A DNA stretch of 32,000 bases, taken from the NCBI RefSeq assembly GCF_000012285.1, contig NC_007181.1, forward strand, positions 900,001-932,000, in the 5' to 3' direction. The notes under the pieces are model-generated. The model saw nothing but the letters and a program-made list of their open reading frames with translations, did not search any database and was not told the DNA's origin. Positions 25,289 through 32,000 of this stretch are shown piece by piece. How positions within the stretch are numbered: position 1 is the stretch's first letter; each line of letters starts with the position of its first letter. Made by a program: the position numbers and the translations under genes. This DNA is from Sulfolobus acidocaldarius DSM 639 (GTDB lineage Archaea > Thermoproteota > Thermoprotei_A > Sulfolobales > Sulfolobaceae).

Positions 25289-26898
25289 TTGTTCTTCTCT
25301 GCCATTTCTCTCAGTACTTTCTTATCTATCTTGTTAGTTGAAGTTAAGGGTAATGTGTCGACAAATATGAACTTATCTGGTATCCACCACTTCTGTATCC
25401 TTCCCTGATCGGTTAAACCAAGCATAAACTGTCTTAACTCGTCTTCAGTCACTTTCTCTTTGGCAACAATAAAAGCAACTGGTCTTTCACCCCACTTCTG
25501 ATCCTTAACACCGACCACAGCGACTTGTGCTACCTTTGGATGTAATGATATGGCGTCTTCCAACAGTAACGAGGGTATGAACTCGCCTCCGCTCTTTATA
25601 GCGTCTTTATCTCTATCGACGATATGTAGGTAACCATATTCATCAATATAAGCTAAGTCACCTGTGTGTAACCAACCACCTCTCCATAATTGGGCTGTCT
25701 TCTCAGGATTCTTATAATACTCTTTTGTGAGCCATGGAGATCTTACAACTATTTCACCTATCTCTCCAGGCTTCTTGTCCTTACCTGTATCAGGATCAAC
25801 AACTCTAATTTGAACTAGAGGTATTGGGACTCCTGTGGATATCTGAAGTGAGAATTTCTTCTCGGCATCTAACTTCTGTGCTACATTGTTGTAGTATCCC
25901 ATACTCAATACAGGGCAAGTCTCAGATAAACCGTAGCCGGTGGTCACTGTTATTCCCAACTCCCTTGCCTTCCTTGCTAAACCCTCAGGTAAAGCGGAAC
26001 CACCTATAGTTATTTTCCACTTCTTAAACACGTGAGTATACTTAGGTGCATCAGGATGGGTCAAGAGTAAGTGAAGGATTGTGGGAACCATAGCTGAGTA
26101 AGTTACTCCTTCTTTTTCCATTAACTTAAGTATAAATCCGTAGTCGTATCTACCTGGTAAGACATACTTTGTACCAGCTAAAAACGTGACAAATGGAAAT
26201 CCCCATTGATGAACATGGAACATAGGCACTAGGATCATATACACGTCTTCTGGTGAGAGATTAAATGGCGACCTTGTGCCGGTTAAAGCCACACTCATGG
26301 CATGCATGAACAACTTTCTGTGAGTGAACCATACTCCTTTAGGTTCTCCTGTTGTACCTGAGGTATAAAATATGGTGGACATGTCATTCTCCTTAACATC
26401 GAACTCCTCAGTAGGCTCATTACTTTCGATCAATTCCCAGAAATCTGCATTGGAGATTGGGGATTTAACTTTCTCCTTGTTATCGCTATACGTGATTACC
26501 TTCATACCAGGAGGAATGATGTTCTTCGCCTTTTCAATTAGAGGTACAAATTCGTCTCTGACAACTAAGTACTTGTCCTCTGCGTGAAGTATAGTCTTTA
26601 CGATCAAATCCAATGGGTACCTTAAGTTGATCGTATGTAAAACAGCTCCACTTAATGGCACTCCGTAGTAAGTGTGGAAGTATACATCAGTGTCCCAGTC
26701 TAAAACCCCTATCCTCTCCCCCTTTTTCACTCCTAGTTTCTTTAACCCAGTAACTAATCTTTTTACAGAATTACTGAACGAAGAAAAAGTATATCTTCTT
26801 ATATCTCTGTATACTATCTCTTTATCAGGAAATGTTCTAATACCTGTATCTAAAATTTTATCTAATGTTAATTCGTATTCGTAATACTCATTGCTCAT
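25285..26898 (-). CDS. AMP-dependent acyl-CoA synthetase (medium/long-chain fatty-acid-CoA ligase)
   Basis: FYTSGTTGEPKGV, GYGLSETCP, WLHTGD and IKSGGEFI motifs. 537 aa. Confidence 0.85.
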   Translation of the reverse strand: MSNEYYEYELTLDKILDTGIRTFPDKEIVYRDIRRYTFSSFSNSVKRLVTGLKKLGVKKGERIGVLDWDTDVYFHTYYGVPLSGAVLHTINLRYPLDLIVKTILHAEDKYLVVRDEFVPLIEKAKNIIPPGMKVITYSDNKEKVKSPISNADFWELIESNEPTEEFDVKENDMSTIFYTSGTTGEPKGVWFTHRKLFMHAMSVALTGTRSPFNLSPEDVYMILVPMFHVHQWGFPFVTFLAGTKYVLPGRYDYGFILKLMEKEGVTYSAMVPTILHLLLTHPDAPKYTHVFKKWKITIGGSALPEGLARKARELGITVTTGYGLSETCPVLSMGYYNNVAQKLDAEKKFSLQISTGVPIPLVQIRVVDPDTGKDKKPGEIGEIVVRSPWLTKEYYKNPEKTAQLWRGGWLHTGDLAYIDEYGYLHIVDRDKDAIKSGGEFIPSLLLEDAISLHPKVAQVAVVGVKDQKWGERPVAFIVAKEKVTEDELRQFMLGLTDQGRIQKWWIPDKFIFVDTLPLTSTNKIDKKVLREMAEKNK

Positions 26899-26933
26899 GA
26901 AATAAATAAAACAAATCCAGTATAAAAAATTAG

Positions 26934-28136
26934 TTACATTTTTATGCCAAATAATCTTCTAGCCGTTTCCTTCAATATAACTAGTTTCTGTATATCGTTT
27001 GCCCCTTCATAGATCTTCATTATTTCAACATCTCTCAGTAGTCTCTCGACACCAGTTGAAGTGGCTACACCATATCCACCGTGTACAGTTATAGCCCTTA
27101 TGGCAGCCCTCTCAGCGACCTCAGTAGCAAAATACTTAGCCATAGATGAGGCGATGATAGCCTCATTTGTCATCCCTTTGTTATAAAGGGTAGCAGCCCA
27201 ATATGTAACTAACCTAGCTGCGTTTACTTCTGTTAATGTTTCTGCTATTTTCTCCTGGACCATCTGGAATCCCAGAAGTGGTGAGCCGAAAGCACTCCTT
27301 TGCACTGAGTAGTTTGTCATCTTCTCTAATGCAGCTTGTGCAACACCTAAGGCTTGTCCAGCCACACCAACTCTCGAAGCGTCAAACGTAGACATTGCGT
27401 ATTTGAATCCCATGCCCTCTTCTCCTACTAAGTTCTCTGCAGGAACTTCAACATCCTCGAATGCCAGCTCAGCAGTATTTGATGCCTTTAGTCCCATTGT
27501 CTCAATTCTGTTTAGTACTTTTACTCCTTTCCATTCTCTCTCTACTACGAACATTGATATTCCCTTCCACCTCGCATTTGGTTCTGGTGGTGAAGTCCTT
27601 GCAGTGACAACATAATAATCAGCAATACCACCATTGGTAATGAATATCTTCCTCGCATTTAGGATATACTTTCCGTTCACTTTCTTGGCAGTTGATTGCA
27701 TCCCTGCAACATCACTTCCTGCCTGTGGTTCAGTGTTTGCAAATGCAGCTACCTTATCTCCCTTGGCAACAGGTGTAACATACTTCTTCCTCTGCTCCTC
27801 ACTACCAAAAAGTAGTATTGGAGTCATGAATAGACCTCCTACTGCCACTCTTGTTGAAAGTGCAGCCCATACTCTTGCCATCTCCTCTTGTGCTATAACT
27901 GTCATCAGTGAGTCTCCGCCTTGTCCTCCGTACTCCTCAGGGACTGATACACCGTATAAGCCTAACTCTTTAGCTTTCTCTAAAACTTCCTTAGGGATCT
28001 GTCCCTCTTTTTCTCCTTTTTCCACGTAAGGCGCTACATCCCTTTCCATGAATTCCCTTACTGCCCTTCTAAAAAGTTCATGTTTTTCTGATATTTCTAC
28101 ATTGAATGCTTCCATTGTTTTAAAAGGCAAAACCAT
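26934..28136 (-). CDS. Acyl-CoA dehydrogenase (canonical, with YEG catalytic Glu)
   Basis: NTEPQAGSD, ITNGG, VHGGYG and KIYEGANDIQ are all intact. 400 aa. It is the first gene of a four-gene minus-strand operon. Confidence 0.9.
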   Translation of the reverse strand: MVLPFKTMEAFNVEISEKHELFRRAVREFMERDVAPYVEKGEKEGQIPKEVLEKAKELGLYGVSVPEEYGGQGGDSLMTVIAQEEMARVWAALSTRVAVGGLFMTPILLFGSEEQRKKYVTPVAKGDKVAAFANTEPQAGSDVAGMQSTAKKVNGKYILNARKIFITNGGIADYYVVTARTSPPEPNARWKGISMFVVEREWKGVKVLNRIETMGLKASNTAELAFEDVEVPAENLVGEEGMGFKYAMSTFDASRVGVAGQALGVAQAALEKMTNYSVQRSAFGSPLLGFQMVQEKIAETLTEVNAARLVTYWAATLYNKGMTNEAIIASSMAKYFATEVAERAAIRAITVHGGYGVATSTGVERLLRDVEIMKIYEGANDIQKLVILKETARRLFGIKM

Positions 28137-28141
28137 GCTTT

Positions 28142-28156
28142 ACTTTACCTTTCAGT
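28142..28156 (-). promoter_or_regulatory. ACTGAAAGGTAAAGT box (ACT-N9-AGT) just upstream of the ACAD-ACS-thiolase-DUF35 operon start (candidate TetR/FadR site)
   Basis: The minus strand reads aaaagcttaataggACTGAAAGGTAAAGTaaagcATG. It matches 11/15 to ACTCAAAAATCAAGT and has the same ACT...AGT dyad ends. Confidence 0.35.
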
Positions 28157-28307
28157 CCTATTAAGCTTTTCTTCCAGACCGTTTATTAAAAATGTGGATT
28201 TGAAAGACTAAGCGGAAATCTGCTTTTTTCCTTAGCCTCTTTCCTTATTTAAAAGTTTTTTATGATGTTTTTAAGGTAAGGACAGAGATTTTCCACTTAT
28301 AATTATA

Positions 28308-28338
28308 CTACTTGGGGGCAGTTTTGCAAAGTTATTAG
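28308..28338 (+). repeat. Conserved intergenic element, copy 2 (ctacttGGGGGCAGTTTTGCAAagTTATTAG)
   Basis: See copy 1. It lies in the 0.47-kb noncoding region upstream of the ACAD operon. Confidence 0.5.
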
Positions 28339-28622
28339 TTATATCTATAGGATTAGTGTTATGTTTATTTGAAAAATTAGAACTGCCTTTAAAATAATCA
28401 GTTGATTATAATGTCAACTTTATAAAAGTTTAAACATAGTAGGTCGGGTCTGCCAGGCGTGAATATAGTGATATTAGAAAGTAGTAAATTATACTTTTGA
28501 ATACTTTTTGGATACGAAGTGTAACATGTTGTTTAAAATTTCTTGATCTTTATTAACAGTTCTACAATAACGAAGACACGCATATGGCTTAAGATTTAAA
28601 AATATTGGCAACTAGGAGGGAG

Positions 28623-28964
28623 ATGGAAACATGTCTTATCGCCATATTCATGTATTGTGAGCTTGATTACGTAAAGGTTAATATAAGCACGTACGTATAT
28701 ATAAAGGTTAAGGTTAAACTATCTATAGATAGTGAAGTTTTAAAGAAGGCTAAAGAACTTGCCGTTGAAAGAAAGGTCACTCTCAGTGAGATTTTCGAGA
28801 AAGCAGTATCAGAACTTGGTAACTTGTCAACTGTCAATAAGATTATGAGAGAATTAGATCTATCGCCTAGGCTTATTTCCTTTGAGGAAGTTACCAAGAG
28901 TAGAATTACCTTAAACGCCAGTGATTTAGTTGGGGAAATGAGAGATGAACTATTTAGATACTAG
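28623..28964 (+). CDS. vapB: Type II antitoxin, VapB-like (RHH/CopG-like)
   Basis: KLSIDSEVLKKAKELAVERKVTLSEIFEKAV is typical of archaeal VapB-type antitoxins. The 3' end overlaps the start of a PIN-domain reading frame. Start is uncertain (TTG 28605, ATG 28623, ATG 28650). I chose 28623 because TTTAAAAATA (28595-28604) lies ~25 nt upstream and AGGAGGG immediately precedes it. Confidence 0.55.
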   Translation: METCLIAIFMYCELDYVKVNISTYVYIKVKVKLSIDSEVLKKAKELAVERKVTLSEIFEKAVSELGNLSTVNKIMRELDLSPRLISFEEVTKSRITLNASDLVGEMRDELFRY

Positions 28965-29273
28965 CACAATAGTTAAGAGATACTTTAATGAGCCTGGCAG
29001 CCAGAAAGTGGACTAAGTATATGGAGATGCTCGGAAAGGTTCACTGACTATCTCATTTTCGACATGGAGCATGAAGAGTTAGCTTATTTAGGCATTTTCA
29101 AGACTCCTATTAACATGTTACCCTTAAATCAGTATATCGACAGTGGTTCAAACTCATAATAATGTTCCAGTCTACCCACTACTTTAGATACGGGTTTAAA
29201 TTATAACGGACTTTTTCACTTAGACTCTACTGGCATACTCGCAAAGGAAAATAAAAATAAAATGAAGTACTAA
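28945..29273 (+). pseudogene. vapC: Decayed PIN-domain toxin gene (vapC remnant)
   Basis: ATG 28945 opens MNYLDTSTIVKRYFNEPGSQKVD, a canonical PIN N-terminus with the LDTS acidic motif. The frame hits TAA at 29014-29016, resumes as VYGDARKGSLTISFSTWS, and stops again at 29080. Only weak frame-shifted similarity follows. The 3' limit is approximate. Confidence 0.55.
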
Positions 29274-29274
29274 C

Positions 29275-29751
29275 TTATTTCCCAGAAAGCTTTGCCACTA
29301 CTTGCTTTATTTCTTCGTAGTTGGGCTCTATGCCAGGATTGTCTGATACCCACTTGTATCTAATAACTCCGTCTTTATCGATAATGAATACTGATCTCTT
29401 TGATATCACATAGTCCTTTAGGATAGGCAATTCTCCAGCTATACCATAAGCCTTTACGGCTACTCTGTTAAAGTCACTAAGTAATGGGAAGTTTATCTTA
29501 TTTTGCTCCTTAAACGCCTTGTTTGAAAATGGAGGATCCACACTTATACCTAATACAACTGCATTAAGTTCATTAAACTTGGATAAAGAGTCTCTGAAAG
29601 TACACATTTCTTTTGTACAAACACTGGTAAACGCACCGGGGTAGAATGCTAAAACGACTACCTTACCCTTGAAGTCTGTCGGTATTTTCCATTTCTTTAG
29701 GTCTGTATCCACTAATTCAATCTCGGGTGCTTTTTCTCCTACTTCAGGCAT
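29275..29751 (-). CDS. bcp: Peroxiredoxin, Bcp type (AhpC/TSA family)
   Basis: FYPGAFTSVCTKEMCTF contains the peroxidatic Cys and a resolving Cys 5 residues later (CxxxxC), as in atypical 2-Cys Bcp. 158 aa. Confidence 0.85.
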   Translation of the reverse strand: MPEVGEKAPEIELVDTDLKKWKIPTDFKGKVVVLAFYPGAFTSVCTKEMCTFRDSLSKFNELNAVVLGISVDPPFSNKAFKEQNKINFPLLSDFNRVAVKAYGIAGELPILKDYVISKRSVFIIDKDGVIRYKWVSDNPGIEPNYEEIKQVVAKLSGK

Positions 29752-29963
29752 AAGAAACTATACGTAAGCTAGAATATAAGCTTTTAATATATAAGTACTA
29801 AACACTATTATATCCTTATCTTAACTGGAGTAATAGAAGATTATAGGATAAACTTGTAGTTATTATCAGGTAATTCTTTTTAGATTTGTGCAACTATCAT
29901 TGTATAAGTTTATATATTTACTTTATCAATCTAGCTTACGATTTCTGAATTAATAAAACCCTT

Positions 29964-31616
29964 TCATTGTTTCATGTAATAGTCCCTATACTTATTTCTC
30001 AACTCCTCCTTCCTGAACTTACCAACACTAGTCTTAGGTATCTCATCAACAAAGACAATGTCATCTGGTAACTGCCACTTGGCAAACCTCTTCAAAAGAT
30101 GCTCTCTTAATTCTCTTTTAACCTCGTCCTTAGGCAAATTCTCATAGTCTGACTTAAGCACTACAATAGCCAATGGTCTCTCACCCCACTTAGGGTGAGG
30201 AACACCAACAACACTAGCCTCCCTAACATAAGGATGAGCCATCAAAAAGTTCTCCAAATCAATACTACTAATCCACTCACCACCACTCTTAATCACATCC
30301 TTCAACCTATCAACAATCTTGATGTGGCTTAACTCGTCAATTACAGCTAAATCTTTACTTTTCCACCACCCATCACTAGTAAAAGACTCTGCACTCCTCG
30401 GGTCATTATAGTACGACTTAGCGATCCATGGTCCCCTGATCCAGATCTCGCCTACACTCTTACCATCCCAAGGTAACTCTTCTCCGGATACAGGATCCAC
30501 TAACTCAACCTCAACACCAAATGTTGGGTAGCCTTGACCCGCCTTTATACGTCTCTCCTCTGGAGGCAATTGCTCTAACTCAGGTTTAATTCCCCCTGCC
30601 ACACCTGGTCCAGTCTCCGTCGCACCATAACCATTACCGGCTACCTCTATACCGTACTTAGCAAGTGCAGAAACTAAAGCAGGCGGTGCAGCTGCTCCCC
30701 CTATTCCAACTACCAGCCCTTTTAAATCAGGCTTTGGATTCATGTTCTCAATTCTTCGGAGTAGTTCAAAGAATACAGTTGGGACTCCTCCTGTTCTCGT
30801 AACTTTATGATTTAAAATGTGCTCGACCATGGAGTCAACAGTTGGTCTACCAGGAAATATCTGCTTACAACCAGTAATTGCACCAGCAAACTGAGTACCC
30901 CAACCATGGACATGGAAAAATGGAACAACTGGAAGTAGTACATCTGAAATTTTTAACCGTCTTGAGGCATTTAATGCGTGAAGAACTATTGACCTATGGG
31001 AGTAAAATACACCCTTTGGTAAACCTGTAGTCCCGGTAGTAAATGCAGCTAGGGCTGAGCTCTTCTCGTCTACCTCATCAAATTTTCTGTTGGGTGAGCC
31101 GGACTTCACTAATTCTTCATAACCAAACGCATTCCTGATATTTGTCTTAATTTCCTCAAAAGGTTTATCACTCATGATAATAGTGTAGTCGAAATTATAC
31201 TCCTTAGATAGAGCCTCAGCCAATGGAAGTAATGAATCATCAACCAGAAGACCTTTTGGTTTGGTCAATTTTAAGATGTATAATAAGTCTGCAGGGTGGA
31301 GTCTGATGTTTAATTCCAGTAACACTGCTCCTAGAGACGGGACAGTGAAGAATGACTCAAAATACCTGTGATCGTTCCAACCCAATATACCTATAATATC
31401 ACCTGGATTTATCTTTAGTTCACTCTCTATTGAGTTGGTAAAACTGGAAACCCTTTCCAGTATTTTCCCGTAAGTTAGATTGTGAATCTTGCCGCCTAAA
31501 GACCTTCTGTCTGAAATTATTTCCCTTTCTCCGTGAACTTTTCCGGCATACTGAATTATTTTATGTATATTTAATTGCCAATCGTCATTTACAGTTGATG
31601 GTATCCCCTTTATCAT
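29964..31616 (-). CDS. AMP-dependent acyl-CoA synthetase, paralog B (inverted copy of 13160..14812)
   Basis: Same 550-aa length and motifs as paralog A. Long tracts are identical at the nucleotide level (for example, the reverse complement of 31300..31403 equals 13373..13476). Confidence 0.85.
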   Translation of the reverse strand: MIKGIPSTVNDDWQLNIHKIIQYAGKVHGEREIISDRRSLGGKIHNLTYGKILERVSSFTNSIESELKINPGDIIGILGWNDHRYFESFFTVPSLGAVLLELNIRLHPADLLYILKLTKPKGLLVDDSLLPLAEALSKEYNFDYTIIMSDKPFEEIKTNIRNAFGYEELVKSGSPNRKFDEVDEKSSALAAFTTGTTGLPKGVFYSHRSIVLHALNASRRLKISDVLLPVVPFFHVHGWGTQFAGAITGCKQIFPGRPTVDSMVEHILNHKVTRTGGVPTVFFELLRRIENMNPKPDLKGLVVGIGGAAAPPALVSALAKYGIEVAGNGYGATETGPGVAGGIKPELEQLPPEERRIKAGQGYPTFGVEVELVDPVSGEELPWDGKSVGEIWIRGPWIAKSYYNDPRSAESFTSDGWWKSKDLAVIDELSHIKIVDRLKDVIKSGGEWISSIDLENFLMAHPYVREASVVGVPHPKWGERPLAIVVLKSDYENLPKDEVKRELREHLLKRFAKWQLPDDIVFVDEIPKTSVGKFRKEELRNKYRDYYMKQ

Positions 31617-32000
31617 AATAGAATATTTTAAACTTGATTATTAATAAATATTAAAGTTAAAAATTATCCGTTAGTTATTTACCTATAGCTTGAACTATTA
31701 TGAAATAAGTAACTAATTACTGCTCTCTTTAGAGTAAAGATCATTAGAAGATAATTGCAGTGACGAACAGGAAAAAGCTAACTATAATTAATTCTATTAC
31801 AGTTTCAGGGCTGTCTATTCATTTGAGATTCATTAAATAAGAATACAACACTGATCATAGCTATGAAAACTTTTCAACAATCATGATTTCAGACTCTTAT
31901 AAAACTATATTGATTATTGGTTCTACTATTCTAAAGTCAGCTTTCAAGCCGTAGATATATTTTGTGGTGAAAAATTTTCATGTTTAATTTGCACAATATT

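Noticed and set aside
28605-28622. A TTG-initiated N-terminal extension of the antitoxin ORF, as given in the ORF track (119 aa).
   Set aside because: TTG 28605 immediately abuts the only TATA-like element (28595-28604), so it cannot be transcribed from it. ATG 28623 fits leaderless/SD geometry better. The start remains uncertain.
28450-29000. A 9-bp inverted pair, ctgccaggc (28450-28458) and gcctggcag (28992-29000), flanking the vapB gene as possible terminal inverted repeats.
   Set aside because: Flanking bases do not extend the match. The second copy lies inside the PIN-toxin reading frame (encoding EPGS). A single 9-mer pair over 540 bp is compatible with chance.
31617-32000. A 384-bp ORF-less right end of the window, examined for RNA genes or repeats.
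   Set aside because: No tRNA-like GC-rich stems, no repeats, and only ORFs shorter than 15 codons. It is most likely promoter and spacer sequence for synthetase B and for a gene beyond the window edge.

Overview
AT-rich archaeal sequence of Sulfolobales type. TATA boxes sit about 26 nt upstream of start codons (mostly leaderless genes), neighbouring genes overlap at ATGA/TTGA/TAATG junctions, and terminators are T-tracts. I support 27 protein-coding genes plus one decayed toxin gene. I found no rRNA, tRNA, CRISPR array or IS element. Left edge: the 3' part of a GTP-dependent PEPCK, then a pterin module (FolB-FolK fusion translationally coupled to a PTR1/FolM-like SDR). From about 3.0 to 31.6 kb the window is one large lipid and fatty-acid island. 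It holds two HSL-family esterases and a lipase-like alpha/beta hydrolase, a TetR-family regulator, and three acyl-CoA synthetases (two are mosaic inverted paralogs). It also holds three acyl-CoA dehydrogenase homologs (one degenerate), a 3-hydroxyacyl-CoA dehydrogenase/enoyl-CoA hydratase fusion, two thiolases (one paired with DUF35), a FabG-like SDR and an MDR reductase. Further members are an MBL-fold hydrolase, an R2-like ligand-binding oxidase, an AbfD-family protein with no Fe-S ligands, and a glycerol kinase / G3P dehydrogenase / CoxG-like module. From memory, gene content and order match the FadR-controlled roughly 30-kb saci_1103-saci_1126 cluster of Sulfolobus acidocaldarius. I cannot verify that without a search. 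Observations I would re-examine first: (1) a duplicated promoter-operator module (a 40-bp perfect repeat containing an AGTCGACT palindrome) upstream of the regulator, bracketing an ORF-less segment with coding-like GC; (2) a recurrent ACT-N9-A(G/T)T box between TATA and start codon at four promoters; (3) gene-conversion mosaicism between the inverted synthetase paralogs that bracket 15 kb; (4) an R2lox / degenerate-ACAD / thiolase operon; (5) parts for a possible CoA-based (ACP-independent) acyl-chain elongation route. All motif and identity statements come from hand alignment of the given sequence.
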